From the NCBI GenBank assembly GCA_963754655.1, contig CAVWGN010000001.1, forward strand, positions 544,001-608,000: 64,000 nt of DNA, written 5' to 3'. Shown piece by piece: positions 1 through 9,825 of the stretch; within the stretch, counting starts at the first letter, position 1; every line of letters begins with the position of its first letter. The DNA is from an uncultured Chlamydiae bacterium. GTDB lineage: Bacteria > Chlamydiota > Chlamydiia > Chlamydiales > Parachlamydiaceae. Under the pieces are notes generated by a model. It ran no database searches. It saw only the letters and a program-made list of their open reading frames with translations, and was not told where the DNA came from. A program made the translations under genes and the position numbers.

Positions 1-142
1 AAAACCACAGGTAAGTCTAAACCAAAGAGTAAAAGCCTATTAGGTTCTATTTTCTCTTTTTAAGAAAGTCGTTTTCTAGAATTTTCTGATAGTAAGATCA
101 CTAATTGATAGATTCCTTATTAGTGATCTTATTTCTTATTTC

Positions 143-2014
143 TTATACCTTCATTTTCTTTAAAACCGCTGGAAGGTTAATCCCTTTCCCTAAGATAGGT
201 TTAAATAAATCACCCACTTTTTCGAAGCGCTGTAAAACTGTCTTAATTGTGAAATCAGCGGGATTTAAACCTGCTGTAACTTCGGACCATTTTAAAGGGG
301 TAGAGACAGTTGCTCCTGGACGGGGACGGACTGAATAGGGTGCAGCCACTGTTTGAGCAAAGTGATTTTGGAGATAATCTAAATAAATTTTTTTTTGTCG
401 TTTTCCAGGGCTGCGTTCTAATGATGTCAAATCAGGCAATCGCTGATGGATGACATTAACAATTAAATTGGAAAATTGTTTGACCTCTTCAAATGGATAA
501 CGTGCTCCCATTGGAATGTAAATATGCAAACCTGTTGCCCCGGATGTCTTGCATAGATTTGGAATTTTCCACTCTTCTAAAAAAGTGTGGACAGCTTGTG
601 CAACTTCTATGACTTGGTCAAATGATACAGATTCAGGATCGAGGTCTATCACAAGATAATCTGGAGAATATAGAAATTGAACGCGGGAATTAAAAGGATT
701 GAGATCAATGCAGCCTAAGTTGACGACATAGAGGAGACTTCTTTCATCTTCAATCAATAAATAGTGCACTTGATGATCTTCATGTTGAATGACCTCTGTT
801 CTCACCCAGTTAGGAGTATCTTGAATCTCTTTTTGATAAAAACTTGCGCCTTCAATTCCATTTGGATAACGCCTCAAGGTTTCGGGGCGATCTTTTAAAT
901 AGGGAAGAATAAGAGGTGCCACTTGTCGATAGTAATTAATAAGATCGCCTTTAGTATATCCCTCATGGGGCCAATAAATTTTATCTAAATGAGTTAATTC
1001 AGCTGAAGGAAGAGAAGAAGATTTTTTTCTAGATTTTACTGGTTGAGGAGAAGAATCTTTTAAATTTGATTGCTCATTTAAAACGTTCTTGGTCGATACT
1101 GTGCGTTCAAGTACCACTTCAGTTGCCTGCTTATCTTCTCGCATGTCGATAAAAATGGCTTGGCGCATTTGTCTCTCTTGGGTCCATTCGGCAAAATTCA
1201 CTTCGCATACGACTTCAGGTTTCACCCATGTCACGGGCGATCGAAGCTTAGGGACAGAGGGAAAAGGGCAGGAATCTTGAATAAGAGGTTGGAGACATTC
1301 ATAAACCTTATTCAATTTTTGACGGTCAAAGCCACTGCCGGTATGTCCAACATAGATAAGTTGCTGTTGATCATAGACACCTAATAACAAGGAGCCAAAT
1401 TTTATTCGTGCACCTTTGGGAGGCGTAAAACCGCAAATGATGGCTTCTTGACGCTGATGGACTTTAATTTTGACCCAATCATGACTTCGGCCTTCTTGAT
1501 AAGGACTTTGAGATTGTTTGCCTATAATACCTTCCAAATCTTTATCGCGGGCGGCTTTGAAAAAAGCTTTTCCCTTTTCTTTGATATGATCGCAGTAGCG
1601 CACCTGTGGAATATCGGGCAAAAGTTTTTTAAGCAATTTTTTGCGTTCAATAAGTGGAAGATGGCGAATATCATAGCCTTCTAAATAAAGTAAATCGAAG
1701 ACAAAATAGACTAAAGTTCCTTTTTGCGTGCGTTGATAATTTTGGACAAGTTGAAAAGAAGGCTTGCCCTCCTCGTCGAGCACCACAATTTCTCCATCCA
1801 ATACAGCTTCTGTTTGGATAGAACGTAAATGATCAATCAAAGAAGGGTAGCGTTTATCGAATAATTGGAAGCTACGCGAATAGAGATGGACACTTTCTTT
1901 TTGAATTTCAGCAAGTGCTCGATAGCCATCCCACTTAATTTCGAAAATCCAATCTTTGGCATCAAAGGGTTCATCTACCAAAGTGGCTAACATGGGCTTA
2001 ACAGAGGCAGGCAT
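143..2014 (-). CDS. ligD: NHEJ DNA ligase D, ligase + polymerase/primase domains
   Basis: Ligase motif I EIKWDGYR, LDGEIV, EGIIGK; C-terminal LigD-Pol motifs (LRRYPNGI, DLDP, KTSGATGLHIYIP, APYSVR). Confidence 0.95.
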   Translation of the reverse strand: MPASVKPMLATLVDEPFDAKDWIFEIKWDGYRALAEIQKESVHLYSRSFQLFDKRYPSLIDHLRSIQTEAVLDGEIVVLDEEGKPSFQLVQNYQRTQKGTLVYFVFDLLYLEGYDIRHLPLIERKKLLKKLLPDIPQVRYCDHIKEKGKAFFKAARDKDLEGIIGKQSQSPYQEGRSHDWVKIKVHQRQEAIICGFTPPKGARIKFGSLLLGVYDQQQLIYVGHTGSGFDRQKLNKVYECLQPLIQDSCPFPSVPKLRSPVTWVKPEVVCEVNFAEWTQERQMRQAIFIDMREDKQATEVVLERTVSTKNVLNEQSNLKDSSPQPVKSRKKSSSLPSAELTHLDKIYWPHEGYTKGDLINYYRQVAPLILPYLKDRPETLRRYPNGIEGASFYQKEIQDTPNWVRTEVIQHEDHQVHYLLIEDERSLLYVVNLGCIDLNPFNSRVQFLYSPDYLVIDLDPESVSFDQVIEVAQAVHTFLEEWKIPNLCKTSGATGLHIYIPMGARYPFEEVKQFSNLIVNVIHQRLPDLTSLERSPGKRQKKIYLDYLQNHFAQTVAAPYSVRPRPGATVSTPLKWSEVTAGLNPADFTIKTVLQRFEKVGDLFKPILGKGINLPAVLKKMKV

Positions 2015-2619
2015 TGAGGTATGCAGGAGTGTTGGAGCTGATTTTTTTCAGAGGCTGAAGAGGCTGAACGCTTAGATGTAGCATGTGTTTTTGGGGTAAG
2101 AGAAGATGCTTCACTTGCAAAGGTGTCTCGCTTTTTGATTAAAAGCCATTGATTGCTTCCCTTTCCTTTGAGTTGAATCAAGGAAAAAGCCCCTTTCAGC
2201 TTTCGACCTTTCATGATAAAATTTAAACGACCCTCTTTTAGCCCTTTCTCCATTAAACGTTCACTTTCTTTTGCCGTCGTTGCTCCTTCTGCATAATAGG
2301 TTCCTTTATCCCAAATTTTGACAACTCCTGCACCATATTGTCCTGCGGGAATAGTGCCCGTAAATGTGCGATATTCAAAGGGATGATCTTCCACCTGTAT
2401 GGCAAGTCGTTTTTCTGATGGATCAAGGGAAGGACCTTTGGGAATGGCCCAGCTTTTGAGAACACCGGACACTTCTAAGCGAAAATCATAGTGTAAATGC
2501 GTAGCATGATGTTCCTGCACAACAAATTCTAACTCACCGCGATGTGTAGGAGTTTTGTTGCCCATAGGCTCTTTTGTTTCTTCAAAATTTCTTTTTTGGT
2601 GATATTCTTTTAATCCCAT
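1987..2619 (-). CDS. ligD: LigD 3'-phosphoesterase domain; probably the N-terminus of ligD, out of frame at an A7 run
   Basis: FVVQEHHATHLHYDFRLE, LKSWAIPKGPS, VEDHP, WDKGTY motifs; overlaps the ligase ORF start. Confidence 0.92.
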   Translation of the reverse strand: MGLKEYHQKRNFEETKEPMGNKTPTHRGELEFVVQEHHATHLHYDFRLEVSGVLKSWAIPKGPSLDPSEKRLAIQVEDHPFEYRTFTGTIPAGQYGAGVVKIWDKGTYYAEGATTAKESERLMEKGLKEGRLNFIMKGRKLKGAFSLIQLKGKGSNQWLLIKKRDTFASEASSLTPKTHATSKRSASSASEKNQLQHSCIPQCLPLLSPC

Positions 2620-2849
2620 TCTCTGCCTCCTTTACGTAATAGAGGAAAATTTATTTATGAATAAGGAATAGAAAATTTTAAAGCAAAAAAAAATTAATAG
2701 AGAGAACTTTGCATCTTATCATGCAAAAAGTTTTTTTCTCATCGCACTTTGATGCCTCATGTTTGAGTCATGAATGTTTGAAGAGAGGATATTCAGAAAT
2801 AAGGATATAAAAAAATGAAGAAGTATTTTAAATTTAAACATTTAGAATC

Positions 2850-2880
2850 AAGATTTCCCATCAGGCTGATGGGAAATCTT
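2850..2880. terminator. Perfect inverted repeat downstream of ORF 2889..4214; possible terminator
   Basis: AAGATTTCCCATCAG-G-CTGATGGGAAATCTT; no clear U-tail. Confidence 0.5.
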
Positions 2881-2888
2881 ATTAGGAT

Positions 2889-4214
2889 TTAGGAATTTTC
2901 TCGTATTCGGGGTACACAGGATGCAGGAATTTCCTCATATAAATGATACTCGGGTTTATCAACTACTGTGCCTGGACTCCTTAAATATAAAAACTGCTCG
3001 CGGAAGTGGATAATGGCTATTAACATATCATCAATGTATTTTAAAGTTTTCTCTCTATCAGCCATCATTTTAGCCATTTCTGCTTCAAATTCTTTTTTAC
3101 AAAAGCAATCTTTATCGGCTTTAGTTTGTGTGTAGAGAATTCTTTCTTGAAGCTCAATCAAACGCAAACCATAACTTCTAGCAAATGTATGAGCAACTTC
3201 CTCGAAACGTTCCTCGCCACTTTTGACCGCCTCTAACAGTTCATAAGCAAATTGTCTTAAATAATATTCTGCATACCAATCGATGGAATTGATAATAACA
3301 GGAGCAATATCGCAAATATTGAAAAAATGATGTAAATTCGTCTCAATTTTTCTGGCTGTTATATCCAGTTTGTCCTCCATTGTAAATAAACAATTGTTTT
3401 TATTGACAACAATTTTATTTATTAAACTAATGTGAGCGCGCTCGAATTTGCTATCATGATCTGTCAATTTGTTAGATGAAGCAGGAACAACAGCAGCCAT
3501 TGCTTTAAATTGATTTTTTGAATGTGTGGGAAAATTGCACCCCTTTAAATGTTCTGCTCTATTTGCTATATAACGACAGGTGACCAGGAAAAAATTGAGC
3601 CTTTTCCACATATGAAGCTTTGCCACCTGTTCTATAGGAGAAAATCGAAAATCTACTCCTATTTTATTCCGATCTTCAATTTGCTCTTTGTATTTCCAGT
3701 GCAGTAGGGGTTTTAGCTTAAAATTTGTTTGCTGATTTGCTTGTGTCAACGTTTTTTGCTGCGGCTGTTGATTCAGCTTCTCCCTGGCTTGCTTTTCTTT
3801 TTGCTCTTTTTCAGCTGCTCTTTTTTGACAATTTAATTTCCGCTTTTTCTTTTTGTTTATCTTTTTAGGTGAAGCTTGAACTTGCAAATTTTCTAAAATT
3901 TTTGTCATTTCTTGAGTTGTATCGGGAACAACTACAAAAGGAAAAATAACTTCCTCAATATCTAATTTATTATCATTTTTTGACTCTTCGATGCACTCAA
4001 CAACACTTTCTACCATGTTTTCTTTTATCTCTTGACTAAGCAAAGGATAATGAGAAGGATGGTTAGAAGCAAAAGACGATCCCTTTATTTCTACCTTAAT
4101 TGCTTTTTTAGCATCTAATAAAACATTAGGATGTAAATCTTTAGCATTTTTCTGAACTTGAGGATATTGTAATCCTATAGGTTCTTTAAAAATCATACCA
4201 ACTGAATTATTCAT
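2889..4214 (-). CDS. Hypothetical protein, effector-like
   Basis: 441-aa ORF with Lys-rich stretch KKINKKKKRK; no confident family. Confidence 0.75.
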   Translation of the reverse strand: MNNSVGMIFKEPIGLQYPQVQKNAKDLHPNVLLDAKKAIKVEIKGSSFASNHPSHYPLLSQEIKENMVESVVECIEESKNDNKLDIEEVIFPFVVVPDTTQEMTKILENLQVQASPKKINKKKKRKLNCQKRAAEKEQKEKQAREKLNQQPQQKTLTQANQQTNFKLKPLLHWKYKEQIEDRNKIGVDFRFSPIEQVAKLHMWKRLNFFLVTCRYIANRAEHLKGCNFPTHSKNQFKAMAAVVPASSNKLTDHDSKFERAHISLINKIVVNKNNCLFTMEDKLDITARKIETNLHHFFNICDIAPVIINSIDWYAEYYLRQFAYELLEAVKSGEERFEEVAHTFARSYGLRLIELQERILYTQTKADKDCFCKKEFEAEMAKMMADREKTLKYIDDMLIAIIHFREQFLYLRSPGTVVDKPEYHLYEEIPASCVPRIRENS

Positions 4215-4492
4215 ATTATTGCCTTTATTAAAATCCTTTAAAATTATTTAATAAATATCATATAATTATGTTTTCTTTATATTAAGTGAGAGTTAATAAA
4301 TTATTAATTAATTATAGTTAAAATATGAATGACTTGTAAATTTATTGTGAAGTTTTTGTAATTAATTAATTTAATAATTTAAATAAATTAGTAGTATTTT
4401 AATAAAAAACAGTTCGAGGCAATTATTTGAAATAGGTGAGATTTCAAACAGAAGTTAATAGTAAGCGGAAAAAATAATTAAAAATACATTTA

Positions 4493-6754
4493 TTAATAGA
4501 TATCCAAATAATTTATATGTTGGAATATAGGGCTTACTTCTTTACGACTTTGAATAGAAGTGTTTTTTAACCATAAGTAAAGCAATCTAGAACAAGCAGA
4601 GAGTGAGTGTAAGAAGGATACGTCGAGCCATTCATTATTGACTAAATAAAGGCTGGAAAGTTGTTGTTGATAAGGAAGAATAAGCGACAGAACTTGGTTT
4701 TTTGTTGCCTGAATAGCAGGCAAGCCTAAATGGGTAATATTTAAGCATCTTCTGGTAAAGAAGTGGATGGTTTTTTCTACGGATAAGTGAAGATTAGTAG
4801 AAGGAAGCAAATTTAAATGGCTTAGATTGAGGTGGCTAAGAGATGGGCAATGTTCGGCTAAATGTTGTAAACTTAATGCTGAGAATTGCCAAGGATGGTT
4901 TGCGGCTTGGGAAGGGGTGTCTGATTTAAGAGTCAGCATCTTTAGAGGGCAACTTTTGGCAAGTTGTCCGATACTTATGTCATCAAAAGGTTGAGAATGG
5001 GATTCTTCTGTCATTTCGATTTCTAAATTTTCTAATGTAGGGCAATATTGAGCTAAAGCTATTAAAAGAGGCGATCCAAAAGCTCCACAATTCATAATTT
5101 GAAGTTGTTTAAGTGCAGCATTTTGCAAATAAGATACAAGCTGATTTTCCTCTAACTTGCAATTGACTAAAGCTAACCGTTCAAGTTGAGTGCATTTTTT
5201 GAGATGTGCGAAATGTTGTTGGGATAAATTGATAGGCTTCATCGGATGCAATTTGAGATATTTGAGTTGTTTGCAAACGAATAAATGATTAAAAAGACTT
5301 TGCGAAAAATTATTTCCGCTCAACTCTAATTGAATCAGATTGCGACAATGATTCAAAATTTTTCTTAAATCTTTTGAAGATAAATAAGTACAATCCTTGA
5401 GTTTAAGAGAGCGCAGATTAGAGCAGTTGATTGCAACGTTAAGAAGTCCTGCGCGCTTATTGAAACAATCACTGATACATTGAGTTGTCGCAAAACCTAA
5501 TTCTAGCGATTCTAAATTGGGACAATGATGGGCTAAATAATTGAATAAGGATGCATCGATAACACTGCAATAAGAAAAATTCAAATGTTTAAGCAAATGT
5601 CCTTTTAGGATACGTGTGATCGGATCAATAGAGTGATTAATATAGGAAATAATAGAGGCTTGCGTCACTTTAGGGCAGCCCGTTAGTTTGATGGATTCTA
5701 ATTGAGACATGCGGCTAAGGAAAGAAATTAAACCATAATCAGTGATGGAACCTATACATAAGTTGTTTTCATATTCGAATGAACGTAAGGGCGGTGCGGA
5801 AAGACTAAGACTAAAAAGAGATTGATCACTCATCTGGCAATCGCTGATTTTAAGATGTTCTAATTGATTAGCATAAAGGCTTACAACAGTCATATAGTCA
5901 TCAAAATTGAAATTGCCGCACTGATAGAATTCAAGAGATCGCAAGCAAGGGCAGCATTGAATGAAATGTGCTAAACCTTGGGGAGTAAATTGACTACCAA
6001 GCAAACTTATACTCTCTAAATTTGAGCCCTGGCTTGCAATAAGTGCGAGATCTGCATCATTAACATTCATATGTATATGTCCGAAGCATACTGGATGAAA
6101 ACCTGTAAAGATAAGAAGATCGCGACTCAAGTGAGAGTGAGTAATCGAAGGAAAAAGGTGAGGTGACGTTTCAAAAAATTTATTTAAACAATGAGGATCT
6201 TCGATGATATGAGAAAAATTTTTACACGTTATTGCTAATTTGCCTACCGATTGCCAACTATCAGCGATATAACTAAAAATAAGCGATAACACCTCTTTAG
6301 GTAATGATAATATTTCTTTTCCAGAATTATGAGGATTCATACAAAAGTGGGAAGGTAACTCCTCTTGTTGCTTATTCAACACGCTCTGCATCACGGGCGG
6401 TTGGCTTTTTCTAGGAAAGTGTGCTTTTTGATCAAAAGAGCGCCGAAAAAAAGTGTCTGCACTCAGGAGCAGGCGCGCTTGTTTGGAATTGATAGAGATT
6501 TCTTGTTGTGTCGATAAGAGGGTAATCTTATTCGAAACAAAACTAAATTTTTCTTGAAATTTACGATAACTTTCAAGTCTATTAGTTCCTCCTTGCGGTA
6601 AAAAGTACTCCTTAACCATTTGGTCAAAAAAAATGTAAAATTGGTTTAAAGCTCTCATATAAGCTGCGGGATAATGCTCTTGCGCGTCTAAAGCTCGAAG
6701 AGGTCGTAGAGGATAGATCAGCGAAGAAGTAGAGGGCGTAATTTCTAAATTCAT
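4493..6754 (-). CDS. F-box/leucine-rich repeat (FBXL-like) protein, candidate effector
   Basis: F-box-like LSLPKEVLSLIFSYI...LAITCKNF followed by Cys-containing LRRs (CPNLESLEL, CSNLRSLKL). Confidence 0.85.
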   Translation of the reverse strand: MNLEITPSTSSLIYPLRPLRALDAQEHYPAAYMRALNQFYIFFDQMVKEYFLPQGGTNRLESYRKFQEKFSFVSNKITLLSTQQEISINSKQARLLLSADTFFRRSFDQKAHFPRKSQPPVMQSVLNKQQEELPSHFCMNPHNSGKEILSLPKEVLSLIFSYIADSWQSVGKLAITCKNFSHIIEDPHCLNKFFETSPHLFPSITHSHLSRDLLIFTGFHPVCFGHIHMNVNDADLALIASQGSNLESISLLGSQFTPQGLAHFIQCCPCLRSLEFYQCGNFNFDDYMTVVSLYANQLEHLKISDCQMSDQSLFSLSLSAPPLRSFEYENNLCIGSITDYGLISFLSRMSQLESIKLTGCPKVTQASIISYINHSIDPITRILKGHLLKHLNFSYCSVIDASLFNYLAHHCPNLESLELGFATTQCISDCFNKRAGLLNVAINCSNLRSLKLKDCTYLSSKDLRKILNHCRNLIQLELSGNNFSQSLFNHLFVCKQLKYLKLHPMKPINLSQQHFAHLKKCTQLERLALVNCKLEENQLVSYLQNAALKQLQIMNCGAFGSPLLIALAQYCPTLENLEIEMTEESHSQPFDDISIGQLAKSCPLKMLTLKSDTPSQAANHPWQFSALSLQHLAEHCPSLSHLNLSHLNLLPSTNLHLSVEKTIHFFTRRCLNITHLGLPAIQATKNQVLSLILPYQQQLSSLYLVNNEWLDVSFLHSLSACSRLLYLWLKNTSIQSRKEVSPIFQHINYLDIY

Positions 6755-6822
6755 AATCTCCTTTAATTAACAAGGCTTCCTATTCTATTGTCTAATTTTT
6801 ATGGCGTTCTTTGCAAGGCCGG

Positions 6823-6952
6823 GTCTTTTGATTAAAAGATTTGAAGCGCGATACTTGTTTGGGCAGTGCGATAACTTATATTTACAATCATCTTCTCTAC
6901 CGCCGCTGCCCAAGAACGTTTAAGGCTATCAAATCTTTTTAATCAAAAAGAC
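6823..6952. repeat. ~130-bp MITE-like element with imperfect terminal inverted repeats
   Basis: GTCTTTTGATTAAAAGATTTGA ... TCAAATCTTTTTAATCAAAAAGAC plus inner TTGGGCAG/CTGCCCAA pairing. Confidence 0.6.
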
Positions 6953-7232
6953 TCTATTTACGAGATAAAACTTTTAAAGAAGTGTGTTCTGTTTGAGTTA
7001 AAAAACAAGAATTAAATCTTATTTTGTTTATTATAATAAAACTTATCGCTTTCAAAATCAACAAATTTTCATTTATAAAGTCTTGTTTTTAATCAAGGTG
7101 CTTTACTAAAATATTTGACACTGTCAGCTCTTCCGGCTGATGCAGGGAATTTGAGGTGACAATATTAGATCGGGTCTAAAAGTGCAAGAGTAGATAATAG
7201 TTGTTGAAAAATATACGTGAATAAGCCAAAGT

Positions 7233-7835
7233 ATGCTTATGAAAAACACGTATTCTCCTAAGCATTTTGGTTCTTTGATTGGCCGTACAACAAAAACTTT
7301 GCAGAAGTGGGATCGGGATGGTATTTTGAAAGCTCATCGTTCAATTACCAACCGACGTTATTATACACATGACCAGTATTTGCAAGTCGCTCGGAAGAAA
7401 CCAGTCTCTAAGAAGTTGATTACCTACTGTCGTGTATCAAGCGCCGGACAAAGAAATGATTTAATTTCTCAGAGGAAAGCAATAGAAGCCTTTTGCTTGG
7501 CCGCAGGCAAAGAAGTCCAGGAGAAATTAGAAGATATTGGATCAGGGCTAAATTATAAGAGAAAAAACTTTGTCAAACTCATGGAAATGGTAGAACAAGG
7601 TGAAATATCAGAAATTGTGATTGCACATAAAGATAGGCTTGTTCGCTTTGGCTTTGAGTGGTTTGAGAAATTTTGCCAAGATCATGGGGTAAAAATTGTT
7701 ATCATGAATGCAGATTCATTGTCTCCCGAAGAAGAAATGACAAAAGATTTGCTGTCTATTATTCATTGCTTTTCAAGCAGATTGTATGGACTGCGTAAGT
7801 ATAAGAAGAAAATTATTGAGATGGCAAAAGAGTGA
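7233..7835 (+). CDS. tnpA: IS607 serine-recombinase transposase
   Basis: MerR-like HTH (TLQKWDRDG...RRYY), YCRVSS catalytic motif, GSGLNYKRK, HKDRLVRFGF. Confidence 0.95.
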   Translation: MLMKNTYSPKHFGSLIGRTTKTLQKWDRDGILKAHRSITNRRYYTHDQYLQVARKKPVSKKLITYCRVSSAGQRNDLISQRKAIEAFCLAAGKEVQEKLEDIGSGLNYKRKNFVKLMEMVEQGEISEIVIAHKDRLVRFGFEWFEKFCQDHGVKIVIMNADSLSPEEEMTKDLLSIIHCFSSRLYGLRKYKKKIIEMAKE

Positions 7836-9379
7836 GAACAATTAAACGCAAAGCTTTACCGTTAAACAAAAACAAATTGATTGCAATTCAATTACTTTGC
7901 AAAGCCTATGCAAAAGAAAAAAATTACTGGCTAGATGTTTTAAAGGCATGGAAATACCAATCCCTTCTTGGAGTGCCCCGTAAGATTCGAGATGAATTTA
8001 TCAATCGAAAATATCATTCAAGTTATTGCCTGCAAGCGCGTCATTGGAAGCTTGCTTTGCAAGATGCGGTGGAAACTTGGGACAAGAATTGGAAGTCTCA
8101 GTTTGTCATTATTCGCTCAAAGATTGCCTCTCATTTTAAAAGAGAACAAGAGCGTCATTATGCTTATTGGCTGATTAAAGGTTATTCTCAATTTTCAGCA
8201 ATGATGCAGGGAAAAGTTCCGAAGCCAAGCTTTGAAATCGATGAAAAAAGTTGCAAGAAGATAGCCAGTTATATTCAAAGGCAAGTGAAAAAGCAAAGAC
8301 CAAAAAAAGTTGTTGTTAAAAAGGCTCGTAGCATTAAATTCGATTCTAGTTGTTATACCGTTTTCGAAGAGAATGGATGTCAATATATTAAAATCATGTC
8401 TTTAGAGAAAGGCAAACGCATTGTCATTCCTGTAAAAGGCAAGGGACGCATAGAGGGCAATATCACTTTAGTGATAGATGAAACAGATCTTTTCATCCAT
8501 GTGACAGAAGAAATCGCACCTTTACAGGCTTCTTCTCAAGAGACCATTGAAGCGGTAGATTTTGGGTATAGCGAAGTCATGACTGATACGGAAGGCAAGC
8601 GTTATGGAATTCAATTTGGGAAAATCTTGAGCCGGATCTTGAATCATCGGCACCAAAAAATGCAGAAAAGACACAAACTGCATGCTTATGAGAAAAAACA
8701 ATTTCAGAAATGTTTGAGAAAAACAAACATCAAAAAATATAACCTTGGCAATAAAAAATTGAATAAGGTGAAAAAAAAGGGAAGAAGTTCTTTAGAAAGA
8801 GAAATCAATACAGGGATTAATGGGTTATTAAGAAATAAAAAACCTTGCATTTTGATTACTGAAGATTTATCTCACCTCTTCTCTTATTATCAACCAAAAA
8901 TTGTCAATAGAAGGTTTTCTTCATGGCTGCGGGGAAAGCTTCAAGAAAGAGTTGCATTTAAGGCATTGGCGGAAGGTTTCCGTCATGAGCAGGTCAACCC
9001 AGCTTATGGATCTCAAACTTGTGTTTGTTGCGATTTTGTGGATTCTAAAAATCGCAATAAAGATAAGTTTAAATGTCTCAATTGTGGGCATGAGGACTTA
9101 AGTGATCGGGTTGCCGCAATGAATTATGCAAGAAGATTTGGCGATCAAGAGATCGGGCTGCATGTGCCATACCGCCAAGTGAAAACCATTCTTCTTGATA
9201 GGTTCCATCGCCGATTGGAAACAGGGCAACCTGTGACTGTTCCGGGCAGGACTCTAGAAACCGTAAAAGACATTTGTCCACAAATGTCTTTCGAGATAGA
9301 AAAACTATCACAGCCGGGAGAAATGATTTCGGGGACCAGGCGGTCAATCAGAGAGCGAAACAAAATAAACACGTTTTAA
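7832..9379 (+). CDS. tnpB: TnpB RNA-guided endonuclease (IS607-associated)
   Basis: RuvC-I AVDFG, RuvC-II ITEDL, Zn ribbon CVCC/CLNC, RuvC-III DRVAAMN. Confidence 0.92.
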   Translation: MRTIKRKALPLNKNKLIAIQLLCKAYAKEKNYWLDVLKAWKYQSLLGVPRKIRDEFINRKYHSSYCLQARHWKLALQDAVETWDKNWKSQFVIIRSKIASHFKREQERHYAYWLIKGYSQFSAMMQGKVPKPSFEIDEKSCKKIASYIQRQVKKQRPKKVVVKKARSIKFDSSCYTVFEENGCQYIKIMSLEKGKRIVIPVKGKGRIEGNITLVIDETDLFIHVTEEIAPLQASSQETIEAVDFGYSEVMTDTEGKRYGIQFGKILSRILNHRHQKMQKRHKLHAYEKKQFQKCLRKTNIKKYNLGNKKLNKVKKKGRSSLEREINTGINGLLRNKKPCILITEDLSHLFSYYQPKIVNRRFSSWLRGKLQERVAFKALAEGFRHEQVNPAYGSQTCVCCDFVDSKNRNKDKFKCLNCGHEDLSDRVAAMNYARRFGDQEIGLHVPYRQVKTILLDRFHRRLETGQPVTVPGRTLETVKDICPQMSFEIEKLSQPGEMISGTRRSIRERNKINTF

Positions 9380-9825
9380 CACGTTTTTAGGAACAGTCCT
9401 AATACTCCATTACATTAGTTTTTACTTATTGTGACTGCTTCAAAGCCCGGGGTTGGGATGAGATGATTCTCTTGTAGTCCTTCAGACTACATGATGAGGG
9501 CTAATCTAACCCGGGGTTAGGTGTTCATTTTGTGCAAAAAATGAGCTTTATTTTTCACAATAATTGGCATAGTTAAATTGAAGGTCGCATGTTTATGCCG
9601 TCCTTTCAGGACTCGATGTCTTTTTGATAGAACCCAGGCCTCCGCTTCGCTGCGACCTGGGCTGTAACATAACGGCCCTTCAGGCCTTAACAAAAAGATG
9701 ATTTAGGGACTATAGAAGAGGGATTTAAACATCTCTTGTTAAGGCCTGAAGGGCCGTTATGTTACAGCCCAGGTCGCAGCGAAGCGGAGGCCTGGGTTCT
9801 ATCAAAAAGACATCGAGTCCTGAAA

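Larger units (their letters stand above)
7175..9396 (+). mobile_element. IS607-family element (tnpA + tnpB); left end approximate
   Basis: Serine recombinase followed by overlapping tnpB; right end has short direct repeats AACACGTTTT x2 and ends ...GGAACAG. Confidence 0.8.

Noticed and set aside
7100..7232. Group I intron (IStron) upstream of IS607 tnpA
   Set aside because: The region is too short, shows no recognisable intron core, and the element is intergenic
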